A DNA stretch of 64,000 nucleotides from Octopus bimaculoides (lineage: Eukaryota), in the NCBI RefSeq assembly GCF_001194135.2, contig NC_068981.1, positions 61,268,537 to 61,332,536 on the forward strand. The letters run 5' to 3'. The notes under the pieces were generated by a model. That model was not told the DNA's origin. It made no database searches and worked only from the letters and a program-made list of their open reading frames with translations. Position 1 is the first letter of the stretch; each line of letters starts with the position of its first letter. A program made the translations under genes and the position numbers. Positions 13,665 through 26,757 of this stretch are shown one piece after another.

Positions 13665-15495
13665 TCTTCTCAAAGCGCTTGGTCTTGTTATCTCTGGTTG
13701 AATCTGTTGTCACAGAGTGTCCTTCCGCTTATGAGATTTGATAACTGCTTAAGACGTTCAAGACGCTGCACAGTATCCAATATCGTGACGTTGCAGGTTG
13801 AAGATATTGTGTCTACCGGGGATTTCTACTGTCAGACAGTACTTTACGCAATATGTTTGAATTTCCAAGTAATGCCGATTTTTGCAATTCACCAATATTT
13901 CTAAAGTTTACAGATGTTTCGTAAGGTCGGGTGGTACTGAACACAATGCGCCGATGACAACAAGGACAACCTTTTTATTTGGCTCTCGTACCTGCCTCAT
14001 CTTGGACATCTCAATTCTGAGGTCTCAATATTTGTCAACATTTTCTTTTTCTGCCATATATTGATCTCATGACACTGCCACGTCGATTATTAGGCACTCT
14101 TATTTTTTTCTCCTAGTGGTTACTATACCTAATCTAATAAATTGTCTGTCTGGAAGGCAATGTCCCAGAAGCTCGTTGCACTTGTCCAGTATATATCTGT
14201 TTTCACTGAGTTGGTATTCAATTCCTGGTCCTGGGAAGCAATTATTAGCCTTTCAGTCTTCCTGTTAAGGCCACCATTGCTGCGCCGCATCCACGATGCT
14301 TCCTGATCTTTTTAAGTTATTAGCTTCAGAGTGGAACTGACCATGTAGTCCCATGTAGAGTAAGGTTTCTTCTCTCTCGCTGGCTATTCGTGATCTGAAT
14401 TCATTAGCAATCTCAAGTCCATTGCTGGTACATTCTTCTCAATTCGCAGTATACTGCAGCAGGTCTTGTTTCTACCATGTTTCTTCTTTCAATATTAATG
14501 CTCTCCCGACGCTATTTAGTCTACGTCCACCTTTACACCTCTTCACTTAGAACCTGTGTATGTTCTTCATACAGTGGAGGGCACCATGCATTGCTATTAT
14601 CATTCTGATAGTGCAATCAATTTGGTCAATCGCCGCTCGTGTGCATTTCAGATTAGGTGCACTATAGCAGACTACAAGAGCCCATGTTTTGATGGCAGTC
14701 ACAAGGCTTTTTGCGTTGAGTTTTGAATGCAAGAGGAATTTGATGAGCTTCAGATATCATTTAGTAAATATTTTCTTTCTCATTTCTCTGTGAAAAATAT
14801 TGTCTAACTCCGGGTTCCAAAGGTACTTGAACCCATCATCATTCAGGTCTCCCGTTCGCTCCCCGTTTGGCAGTTTTATGCCCCTACAGTCTGCTGGTTT
14901 CCATCGTTTCAAAGGGAGCACAGGACACTTTGTGAACCTGAATTCCATCCCTATAAAGTTGCTGCACATCTGCACAATCTCAACCAGCCTGTCCATATCA
15001 ACCTCTGTTTGTGCAAACAGTTTTAAATCATCCATGTAGAGAAGGTTGTTGAGACGAGGCCCATTCTTCCTCATCTTATAGTGACCGTTGACTTTGCGTA
15101 GGACTATAGAAAGTCGGAAAAAGGCGAAAACAAGTAACACAGATGAACAAAAATTTCCCTGGAAGATACCTCTTTTGATTCTTACCTCGGCTAGGTGCTA
15201 GTTGTTACAGAAGAGACGTGTTTTTGCCACTAAACACACCGTTCTTAAATAATTTACATACGTTCACAGCTACTCGATATGTGTCATGTGTTTTCAGAGT
15301 CCACGAATGCAGCAACATGTAAGACGTTTAAAAGTTTATTCAGGTCATGTAGAAGTGTCTTTGGTACTTCTCGCTGCTCTATATAACGGCCTAGTCTAAC
15401 ACAAGGTGGTCCTTGGTGCTCTTGCATCATTTTCGGTCTCCTGTTTGATGCACTAATGATATTTTTAGCCCGTACCCTAAACAAGTTTGTCATCA
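13665..15495 (-). mobile_element. R4/Dong-type LINE, 5'-truncated and decayed (RT plus RLE), with (TAA)n-type tail at 13583-13660
   Basis: LNNLLYMDDLKLFA (RT catalytic motif, ORF 14757-15140), SKLNAKSLVTAIKTWA, LHGQF and LIIDVAV..KY.DLRIE..VVIGAL (RLE). Stops and frameshifts present. Confidence 0.88.
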
Positions 15496-16523
15496 TCCGT
15501 GAAAAGATGAAATGTAGGTTGATTCCGAAATATTATTTCGTGTTTTTCTTTAGCCAACTTACACTATACTTGGCTCCTTGACAGTACTCAAATGGATCGC
15601 AGATGTTGTGGGCGTTCTTACAACTTGTACGACAGAATGATGATAGAGAACGATAAGATCACTTGAAAAGAGTACTATGTATCTATCGGTTTATTTATCT
15701 TCAGAAGCTGCTTCGAATAGGTCCAAATTAGTGATAGGTATTACTATACATTATCAATAATTTTCAGTAAACGCCCGATAACCTGGTTTAATAATATATG
15801 TAACCGGAGAAAACATATTATCTCTGTATATCTAGAGGAATCTTGCGCCTGTCGTCGCTAGGTGTTTGAATACACAGTATTTTGCAAAAATTATATTTAT
15901 TTTCTAATGTTTATGACTGCACCCTTAAGCTTAATCTAATTTTCCTTTAGTCTGTTCTTTCTTGAGCCTGCGTCCCATCGAAATTTTGTTTCCTTATAAT
16001 TTCCTTTTCAAATTGCCAATTTCTGTACGTGTGACATATATAATATTTCGGCATCAAATTTATTATAATACATATATGTCGCATCATAATTTTTCCTTTT
16101 CACTTTAGCCCTGAGATGTACGCAATGCTAAACTACAACAGTCATAACTACAATTAATCATAGAGCAGTGAGAGCATTGAAACCATTTTGTCTTCCAAAA
16201 TTTAATTTTGCTTTATATATTACTTTGTCACCATTTAAATTCTAAATAAGATTTAGATGAAATATGTGTCTTATGCTACTTAGGTAATTTATTGCTAGCC
16301 ATATCTGAGTTTGTGATTGGTAAAATAATCTAATTTCTTCTTCATCATCTAAAGTGTATACATTATATTGTTATCACGTTTTATGTCTATAATACTGTCT
16401 TGATTTAATTTTCGAAATTGAATTTAATATAGTTTCTTCATTGTATACATAAACTGTCAATAACTAAGTTCTACTCGGTTAAAAGTTGCAGCGTACACCA
16501 CATGTATATATAATAATTATTTA

Positions 16524-16968
16524 AGGCGATGAGCTGGTACAACCGATTGAGATACGTGACAAATTCTACGAAGCATTCGTTCCGGGGCTTTACATTCTGA
16601 GTTCAATTTTCACCAAGATCAATTTTACACTGTATTATATCGGGGTTGTTTAAATATGAGAACCATTGAGGCACTGGGGTTTATGTGATCGAGTAATCAT
16701 AATCATCTCAATTGATGGGCGTGTTCCAAAAAGCTGAAAGAAATATTATTTCATTAGTGTTGGACAAGATTAGTAACGAGATGTCTTCGAGTATTAAGCT
16801 TATATTTCACAATGGTAAACTTTGCTTACATCATTATAGGTTAGACAAGAACTGCACTCAATGTAATGCATTAGCCCCTCACAAACAGATGGCCTAGTGC
16901 CAACATTTGTGTCAATTGTTACTAATATTCAAATTGTATGCGTTGTGCCTATAGTAGAAAGGATTATT
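16524..16968 (+). mobile_element. Old degraded tRNA-derived SINE
   Basis: Head GGCGATGAGCTGG..TTCTGAGTTCAATTTTCACC and tail TTGTGCCTATAGTAGAAAGGATTATT resemble an abundant octopus SINE; strongly diverged. Confidence 0.45.
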
Positions 16969-16974
16969 TTTATT

Positions 16975-17735
16975 TCGTTTTATCATAGGTTTTCTTCGAA
17001 ATCCTGGAGGCGCCTAAGTCGCCTACTATGATAGGAATTGTTTCTGTTTTTAGATTTCACATTCGAGTTACCTCTATTTAAAGGTCTTTGTATTTTGAAA
17101 CTTTCTCCATTTTTTAGGGAACCGTTGTCATCTGCTGGTATTGATACATCAATTGGAAAGCATTTTTTTTTTATTCGTGATCTCTGACAACTATATCTGG
17201 TCTATTTGCCTTAATTTCTCTATCCGTGTGTATTGATATATCCCAGATTATGGTTGCTTTTTCATTCTCTGTGACGTTTTCTGGCGTGCTCCTATACCAT
17301 CTTTTTTCTGTTGTTATTCCATAGTGTTGGCATAGCTTCCAGTGTATGTAGGTCCCAGCTCTGTCGTGCCTGTGAATATATTCCTTCTTAGCCAGGCCTG
17401 GGCAGCCAGAGATAATATCATTTTTTTGTTTCTTGTCCATCGCCACATATTCTGCAGTTACTTGTTAGGTTTCTTTTCATTATATGTTTTTGGTAATTTC
17501 TGGTGGGGAGGCTTTGGTCTTGTGCAGCAATTAAAAATCCTTCAGTCTCTGCTTTGAGACCTGAGCTTCTCAATCATTGCTGGGATTTTTCTCTGTCTAT
17601 TTCTTTTGCATTCAGTTTAGCCCAGTATTTGCCATGGAGGGGCTTTTCTTGCCATCGTTTTATCATGGCCCATTGCTGTTCTAGTTTTAGTTTGGATTTC
17701 ATTTGTTTTATAGCTTTTCTTTCTTTCTTTCTTTC
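16975..17735 (-). mobile_element. R4/Dong-type LINE fragment (same subfamily as 40436-41733), truncated at both ends
   Basis: KRWQEKPLHGKYWAKL, IISGCP.LAKKEYIHRHDRAG.YIHW and IWD..IHTDREIKANRPDIVVRD. Closely similar to 40790-41490 in reverse complement. Confidence 0.9.
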
Positions 17736-17819
17736 TTCTTCTTCTTCTTCTTCTTCTTCTTCTTCTTCTTCTTCTTCTTCTTCTTCTTCTTCTTCTTCTT
17801 CTTCTTCTTCTTCTTCTTC

Positions 17820-17852
<33 letters not shown>

Positions 17853-17856
17853 GTCG

Positions 17857-17890
<34 letters not shown>
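17725..17890. repeat. Compound (TTC)n(TCA)n trinucleotide tract
   Basis: Read directly. On the minus strand it reads poly-Asp then poly-Glu, in frame with the LINE ORF. Confidence 0.95.
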
Positions 17891-17893
<3 letters not shown>

Positions 17894-20800
17894 CCTCCTC
17901 TCCATCATATTCATCATATTCATCATTATAAACATCAGCATCAGAATAGCCATTATTAAAAACGTGTATCAACTTCCTTTCGATATTTTCTAGGTCACTA
18001 ATACTATTTAACCTGCCCGGCCTTTTAGTTTTCAGTTAGATTCTAATGAGATTTTCCTTATATCACATTATATTTGATGTTATTGTCATGTCGATAATGG
18101 TATTTTATTCAGCATATGGCCCCCAGGTTTTGCAGAATACAATTACCTTACATAATGTGGAAGTTGAAATCACCAATGCGGAAAATTGATGATCGTAGAT
18201 ATTGTTTAGTTATAATGATCCAGAAAAAAATACACATATTTTAAATATTAAGTGAAGGCTATTCACCATTCAAATTTTGTTCCATGAAACATATCATTTC
18301 CTGGATGTAATGTATTTTGGTTCAAAGCCAACGCTATTATATTAGATTTCATAAAACGAAGTATATAACTACATAATTATTTTGTGGATACCATTTCGTT
18401 AAATTAAAATGGAACAAATTACAACATAATAACTGTGGAAGCTAAATGCCACAAAGGGAATTTCAAAAATTAAAATTATCGTCAAATATATTAAATGCCG
18501 TGGTATATTTTGAAATACAACAAAATATTTCAAATTTCATCCTTGTTTGGAGAAAGTAAACAAAGACGTAGTGATAATTCTTTGTTACTTTCACAGGTGA
18601 AGGGAGCGAAATCTAAGAAATTAAGATTTGACCCTTCAAGCTTAAGTTAGAGTGTATCGGAACTCTAACTCAGCGTATAACTGTTAGATCCTAAGTCAAA
18701 ATTCTAATCTGTGTCAGGGAACAAATCATGATTTCACCTATTAAATCTCATCACCATTGCATTTTCTGTTTAATTAATTAAAAAAAAAAAAAACATTTTA
18801 GTGTGCAGATATAAATCAATTATGCGATTGTTGTTTAAATCTAATTTCAGTATTTATAGGTGTGCACACATTTAGTTAAATATACACATCCACTCACACA
18901 CGCATTGGCACATAATATATTAGGCAACTATGTATATCTTCTCTGAATGAACACTTCGTTACAATGTGTCGTTGATTTCATGAGGATTGAGAACTGATAT
19001 TAAATTTCCACTAGCAGTTGTGAAGCAGAGACTGGTTAACCCACTAATATTTTACATTAGATTTTGTACTTCATACCGAATTATCATCCGAATACAATCG
19101 ATACAATTAAAAAGCGTTCTGTATTTCTTTAAAACCTTATTTGGTATTAGATTATATGGTAATGATAAACCTAACTATAGGGGCAACTTTCTTCTCTCGT
19201 TTATTACTGTTCTTTTTTTTTATCTTATGTTAATTGTCCGCAGATCTTTCGTCACACACCTTTAACCTCTTCAATGACCCTTTCCATCCACGTGTATCCT
19301 CCAGCTCCTCTTAGTCTATTCTGTCCTTCTATGATGTGTATTCTTATATGTGCATGCGTTTGAGTCTGTATCTGTGTGTTTGATTGTGCATGTGTGCGTG
19401 CGTGCGCGTGCGTGTATGCGTGTCTATGTGTTTCGCATGTGTGCTTATGTGTGTGTAAATTGGTGTTACCGTTATCGTCGTCATTACAATGGTACCTTGA
19501 CACACCCCTGACCTATCTTTTCTCTTTTGTTGTTCTTGCTATTCTTGACCCTTTTGTTATTATTCTTTTATATTTCTGTGTCTGTGTGTTCGTTCATGCT
19601 GTTGTCTTCGTGGTTCTTGTTGTTGTTGCTGTTGCAGCCGTTTGTTAACTTACTGTATGTGTGCATGTGTGTGTATACAGGTTTACTTACTATGCCGTTT
19701 GTAACCGTGCCCTTTGTATAGTTTTTGTTTCTTATATTTATCATAGATATGTGCACGTCATTTGTGTGTGTATTACAACGTTTCTATCTCTGTTATTTTT
19801 TCCTTTTCCTCCCTTCAGTCGTTAGTCATCGTGTTGCGTGGTGTAGCGGTCGGGGTGTTATTCTTGCATTCGTATTTTATGTTGAGGCTCGGTCTGTGTG
19901 TGTGGCCTCTCTAATCTGTCTAAGTGTCGTGTCAGTTCTATGCGTTGATAATATCTTATAACCTCTGTGCTATTAACCGAGCCTCTATGTTCTACTTGAG
20001 TATGTTGTTAGAGCACTGAGGTGCGCCTCTGCTCCTTGAGCTTCCGCAGTGTGCACTTGTTCGCTCCCCTATGCTGTGTGCCATATCCCCAATGTAAGTT
20101 GTTGTCTTGTTTCTGTTAACAAAGTGACATTAAAAATTATTTTTGACCTTTAATTCTAGCAAGGTAACTTATTGTAAATCGTGAGGGATAAACAATTGCT
20201 TTGTTAGTTATATGTACTAACCATTTACAACATCTGCAATGTGGCATAAACGTGGACCAGGCAGGATTATAACCAGTAACATAATTATAAATCTCATAGT
20301 AATCTATTTGTTATAATTTATTGTGGCACGCCATATTACTTAAATTTCAACACGATGCGAAGCTATAGTCCTACTGATAACTGATATGAAATACAATTGG
20401 AACAAAGTAGACATATATTGGAAACTGGTATACACGTTACTAAATCATATACATTTCTGCATAAGTAATTCGTTTCTTGTTGCAGGGAAGGCAAATAAGT
20501 TTCAGCATTGGTGGAAATAGATCACATAATTTGGCTGAAGAAATTTTTCTTTGCTTTCTATCAAATATGCCACGTTTTGTGTTTTTATCAGTTGTAAAGC
20601 AACAGTAATTTCAATGTATAATAATATAAACAGATATTCGAAAGTATTTATGCTTGTATTTCTTGTAATTCTATTTATTATGCGAAAGAAAGCACCAATT
20701 AAAGAGCGACAGCACTTTGATCTTGGATGTTTATATTCTAAAAGTAAAATTACTCATATTTACATTTTAATAGCGTTCTTATTTATTCACTTTCTATTTA

Positions 20801-23039
20801 AAAACCATCTTAATATCTCATATTGAAGCCATTTCTCCTTTTCATATCTTATATTATGTAAAATGTAAATGTTCGTTTAAAAAAAAAAAAACTCACTTTA
20901 GAATGAAATCATTATATTTCGTTCTTCATAGATTAATTATGATATAAATAAACAACCATCAAATATCGAAAGAGAAATAGCCTAGTTGTCGAAATATAAT
21001 GATGCGACATTGTAAAATCGATACATATTTTTGTTAGAATTAACATGGAAAAGAGTGTTTAGGCATTAATAGCAAAACATGTGCAGGAAAAGAAAAGGTA
21101 ACGTATTTTACCAAGTAAAGTAGACAACACAAACTGAAAGGATATTACAAAAAAAGCTGCTCGGAAATGATGTGTGTAATCTAATTCGAAGATCACTACT
21201 GTACCGTATTAGATGAGGATAAGAATTTTGTGTATTAAGGTAAAACCAAAAAGACTAAAATGAAGGCAATATCGGTGTAATTGTCTTGTGTCAACCTACA
21301 GTATTTCGAATTATAACCAGAGTATAAAATTGATGTGATTATTGTAAACGTACGCAGTGACATATACATGCAGACACTGAGATCACAAAACTTCTTATAT
21401 ACATAATCATAGTCCCAATCATAAACATACACACATACGCACTAACGTACATATGAGGAGAATGGTATACAGAGAGAGAAGGAAAGACAGAGAGACAGAA
21501 ACAAATATATTGATAGATAAATAAAAATATTTTACATTTCCATCTACACAAAAGCATATGCAAAGGAAGAGAATGTACGATGTAATTAAGACTAAAGTAA
21601 AACTCCAGAATCTTAAGAAAGAATGTATTTTAAGATCATTTGTTGGTGTAGATATGTTTGTGTATATGAAGATAGCGAGAACAGCAGAGCGTTTCTTTGT
21701 ATGTAACAACTTTCCAGATTTGGTGGATTCGTGTAAAATGAATTGTTGTTTGCTGAGTAGGTAACCTAATTTCATCAGATCACAATGGTACCGAGTTTCA
21801 TCCACTGGTTCTCGTATCGTATTTTCTGTTTGAGCAACACATAATGTGTAGATCGCGGACAAATTATCACCGATAGAAACCTAAAGCAATAATGATTTTC
21901 AGCTAATTGTGCTATAAATTTGTAAAACGTACCCAATATTCTCATGTTAAGAAGAAATAAAATCACTTCAGAGACAAATTACTGAGAAATTTGTAGCATA
22001 TTATAGCAAGTTTAGTATAGCCGTTTGACGAGAAATGCTCTCAACAGATTAATTAGTATTCACAGCAGTTTGAACTGAGCGAATTTTCACTTTCATTTAA
22101 AGACATTTTTAAAACATATTTATTTTGCAAAAAAGAAGGCAGATATTATTGACCAAACATATAAATGTACATTTTGTTTGTTTTGTGTTGAATTAGTGTG
22201 AGTGATGTCAAGAAATCTATCCGCGAAACAATTATCTTAATTAAATCCAATCCTAAGCACTGATGTTGTCTGTGAAATATATGTGGTTTTTATTTGTTGA
22301 ATGACACTTCATAAAAATCATTTCCTCAAGAGAATGGGTCGCAGAATGCATACTATCCAGAGCAAGATGCGTTTAAATTTGTGTTATTCGAAATCGGTGC
22401 GTATGATTGGGACGTAAATCTTTGTTTTAAGTGTCCATCTATTGCACAAATCACTACCTCAATTTTTCTCTGATGATAAAATTTTAATTTATTAGCAGAT
22501 ATAAAAAACGTGATTATATGGAATGGAATAGAGAAAGCTATCGTGATTAAGCATCAGGATTGATAACCACGAATTTCCTTTACGATATACCTCTCTGATG
22601 AAAAGGAAAAAAACTAAATAATTACAGGATTTTGTAAACATTGAAAATATCGTCTATCAAAACCATTCTTCTTACTTTGTGATGGCCCGTAATGTCTGTA
22701 AAAACAGAACAAAAAATGTATGCTTTGATAATGTGAAAGAATAAAGTAGTGTTAAAAAGTTTGACGAATGTTTATATATTTAAATTTAACCTCACTCATT
22801 ATATATTAAAATAAAAACTTTGAATTAATTTGTGTTTGTTAAACATTGTCCATTGTCTATATCTTTTTGCCTATTTTAATTTCATTCGGTTGTTATCATT
22901 ATATTTCGGTTAAATAACATTCTGGTTATACACGATAAGTTAGTCATGAATCCATATGTTTCTCTCATACGCTATGTGTGTGCATGTACGAACGTGTGTG
23001 CATGTGTATACTATCGATTCTCGGGTATTTTGTTGCAAG

Positions 23040-24150
23040 GACACCGTGAATTAATGAGGATGTTTGAATAGGCATTCTGAGCTATGACTAAACGAATTAG
23101 CTTCTTCGTATACTGTCATCGAAGCATGATGAGTTCAGTTCAACTTCAAACTTCCTTTTGAAAGATATTGAAGATCATTGCGAAAAGGAATTTCATATGA
23201 AATTGAAATATTTCAAGTATATTTTGCGCACTATTTGGCTTCCGGGTGGTTTAGGAACAAAACAGCAGCCTTCAGCATATTTTCCTACTTATTCTGACAA
23301 AGTGAAAAGGAGACATCATGGTTTAATTTTTTATTGTATTGTGTCGTTAGAAAGATTGGAATAATCTACGCAACAATTTTCAGAATCAAATCTCCAAGTA
23401 TAAATTGGATTGCCTGGAGGTGTTTCTGCATGTTCGATAATATTGGATGCACAATTTACAAAATTATCTTGTAAAGTGATGGTGTCTGTTGAATTATAGC
23501 ATCATTATCTCGGGTATGTTGTTCAGTAATCTTCGTACGCTTTATCGCAGAAATTCATTTTAAGAAATCCATATCTCACTTTGTATGTCTGGGTAAAAAT
23601 CTCGCCGTTTTACCATATTTAGAAGTGAACCTCACTTGCATATTCAATGAGTTGTCAAGTGTGCGAAGAGATATAAGAGATTTCTATATATATGGAACTG
23701 AGCAGTTTGAATTTCTGGAAATATTTCAAGTAGAGTTTGTCGAAAATCACCTTTAACATCAATTGTAAAATCTCATATTGTATGCGTGTTGTCTGAAATG
23801 TGCTTTGACCACTTGAAACATTCATTTGCACATGTGTAGATCCTACTTGCTTCATTCCTCTTGCTATTTATTGGCGTCGTTTTCTTTGTATATAGACTGT
23901 TCATATCATATCAGGTCTACGTGCAGCTTATATTTGCAGTACATAGTTCTTTAATCATCTGTAATCGCGCATGAGGTACACCTAATAACAAACAACTGTC
24001 GTGACAAATAGTTTCCATCATCTATTACCTTGTACATAATGAAAACCCTATACTTCTTGTCTTGTTTTGAACACCCTCTCTGCTCAACATACCAACAGGC
24101 ACGAACAAGCATTGTAGGAAATGTTTTTTCTAAAAGTAAACAAATCATTC
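23040..24150 (-). mobile_element. Probable decayed Helitron PIF1-like helicase remnant
   Basis: Minus strand encodes GDFRQTL at 23731-23751 (helicase motif GDFRQxLP), with weak downstream echoes (NMQVR, PG..Y..DS, ASMTV for AFAMTIN). The frame is broken throughout. Confidence 0.45.
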
Positions 24151-24744
24151 CATTAACTGTCCCAAGGAAAATGAAATCTAAACACGGAATGAAATCTATT
24201 AAATGAAATCTATTAAATTCAAATAGTAGGCATACAGGAAAACGCAATTATTGCAACCAGATAATACTTATGCAAGCAAACATCAAAATAATTGTAAATT
24301 AAATGATATTCATTGACAAATTACTGAACCAGTCGGGAAAACAAGTCAATGTTTTGCGTGATTTTTATTTCTCTAGCTGCTATTTACTTTGCATGAAAGT
24401 AATTCACCATAGTATAACTTCCACATCTAACAGTGTATATAAATTGTAAAAATCATCTTTATAGTGATAACAAATATAATAAGCCTTAAGATTTATGATG
24501 TGCCTCTCGAAATGAAACGGAATTTTTTGGATAGCACAGCACATATTGAAAGTACTGAGAGAATCTAGGTGTTATGTTGGATTCGTAAACGGATTTCTTT
24601 TTGTTCCACTGAGAGATACATTACAGAAATGCCAACAATTGCATACTCCGAATTTGCCAAAGTACTTTAAGATTCCTGATACAGTTGAACACACATAAAA
24701 AATGCTTGTGCTATATATGGGACGGAAACGATAATCTTTACTGT

Positions 24745-24950
24745 ACACTGGATTTGGCAGACGGAAACTAAAACATGCGTTGTATGTACAAATACACACA
24801 GAAACGTGCATACACACATGCATAATTACAAACACACACACACACATCTATGTGTGTGTATATTTGTCCCAAGCTATAGCCTGACACCTGCTGTTGATTT
24901 ATCTATGTCCCGTAACCTAGCGATTCGGCTAGATAGAAGGTTAAAACAAG
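24745..24950 (+). mobile_element. Degraded SINE fragment (family of 54365-54830)
   Basis: GGATTTGGCAGACGGAAACTAAA, then (CA)n, then TTTGTCCC..TGTCCCGTAAC.TAGCG.TTCGGC. Confidence 0.6.
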
Positions 24951-25016
24951 TATTAACATGTACGTGTTTTTGTAACCCTCTCCATTTTATTTGTGATTAA
25001 ATCATAAATATACACA

Positions 25017-25058
<42 letters not shown>

Positions 25059-25491
25059 TAAAATTATCTATCAAGCATTACAGTCTTTGGTTATTGCATA
25101 TTTTCATGAAAAACTAATGCTCACTGATAACATATATAGAAAAAAGTGAAACTTTAATAATAATAGTGAACTGTGCCATACTTATAGCTAATTTACTTTT
25201 GATAATTTCGTCATTTAAATTTAATCTCACTTCAGTGTGAATCATCTACACTGTCTTCCACATTTGGAATGATTTCAGATAAAGGAAAAGCCCCAATTGT
25301 ATTGCAATATTTAACTATCTTCAATACATTTTCCTCCGAAACTATTAAAGTTAGTTTAACATAGAATCTAATTTTATGCATTTGCTTCATTGGCTGAGAT
25401 GAAACAGTATTGCTTATCGCTTGGTATTCAATTTATTGTAACATAGAATCTAATTCGAAGCGTTTGCTTCATTGACGCAGCTCGATTAGCA

Positions 25492-26757
25492 TCAGGTCAT
25501 CCCATAAGTTCTGTCCGATTGTACCTTTTTAAAATTGAATGAAATTTTATAGTATTATAGAATGTCTAATGGAATTAAAATTTATTTTAATACATTTGTG
25601 TACATTTAAAATAATTAAATATTGTTTTACAGAATAATAGAATTAAAATTGCTTTGATTCAAACCCTTTCTAACATGGAAGTATCCAAAGTACATTTGAT
25701 GAATATAATGCTTTATGAGTACAAAAAAGGTAATTCTGCAGCCGAAGCGACGCGAAACATATACTCAGTTTATGGGAAAGAATGCTTGAATGAAAGAACT
25801 TGTAGAAGATGGTTTGGAAAATTCAGAAGTGGAGATTTCAGTCTTGAAGATGAAGATCGAACAGGACGTTCAGCTTAGTTTGATGATAAGCTCCTTGAGG
25901 CATTACTTGAAGAAAATCTTACATTATCAGTTGAAGAATTGGCAATAAAGTTTAGTTCAAGCCATACAACTGTTCATCGTCATCTTCAACAACTTGAAAA
26001 GGATCCTAAACTTGGAAAATGGGTGTCTCATGAATTTTCCTAAAGCAACTGCAAATCCTGTGTTGACATCTGCTCTTCTCTCCATTCTCACGAAATGATT
26101 TCACCATTTTTGGATTGACTTCTGACTGGTAACGAAAAACGGATCTTCTATCGAAATGTTAAGCGTCGTAAACAGTGGCTTGGTAAAAAGGAAAAAAGCT
26201 CAACAACAACCGAGAAAAAAGTTTCTTCTCTCTATCTGGATTGCAAAGAATGAGTAATTCACTTTGAATTGTTACCACCTAATGCAGCAATCAATGCACG
26301 AGTCAACTGTCAGCAATTAGAGCGTTTGAACCAAACTTTGAAGAACAAAATACGTGCTTTAGTGAATCGAAAAGAAGTGATTCAGGACAATGCTCGACCC
26401 GACACTGAAGGATCACATCACAGAAAATCGAAGAGCTTGTTTGGGAAAAAATTTCTCATCCGCCTTATTCTTCCGACCTTGCTCCTTCAGATGACCATTT
26501 GTTTCATCGTTTCCAGAATTATTTGGGGGACATAACTTTCGCAGGCCAGGAAGAGGTTGAAGCTGACATTTCAGTGTTCTTCGCTTTGAAACCGAAAGAG
26601 TTTTACATTGATTGGACTAAAAAGCTTCTAAATAGATGGAAGGAAGTCATAGATAATCAAGGAAAGTACATTGATGATTAAATTTTAAATAAAATTGAAC
26701 ATTTGATCACTTGTTTTCTTTATTCGAAATTCGGACAGAACTTATGGGATGGCCTGA
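25492..26757 (+). mobile_element. Full-length mariner transposon (1266 bp), inactive
   Basis: 27-bp TIRs TCAGG(T/C)CATCCCATAAGTTCTGTCCGA (25492-25518 / 26731-26757, one mismatch). TA on the right flank and CA (a mutated TA) on the left. Confidence 0.93.
25675..26681 (+). pseudogene. Mariner DD34D transposase pseudogene
   Basis: N-terminal HTH (YEYKKGNSAAEATRNI..RTCRRWFGKFRSGDFSLEDEDRTGR), GKWVSHE (WVPHEL), TGNEK, QDNARP and YSSDLAPSD. Multiple stops and frameshifts. Confidence 0.92.

Noticed and set aside
18596-18650. Candidate small host exon after TTTCACAG (VKGAKSKKLRFDPSS)
   Set aside because: Weak donor site and no partner exon or homology; likely chance.
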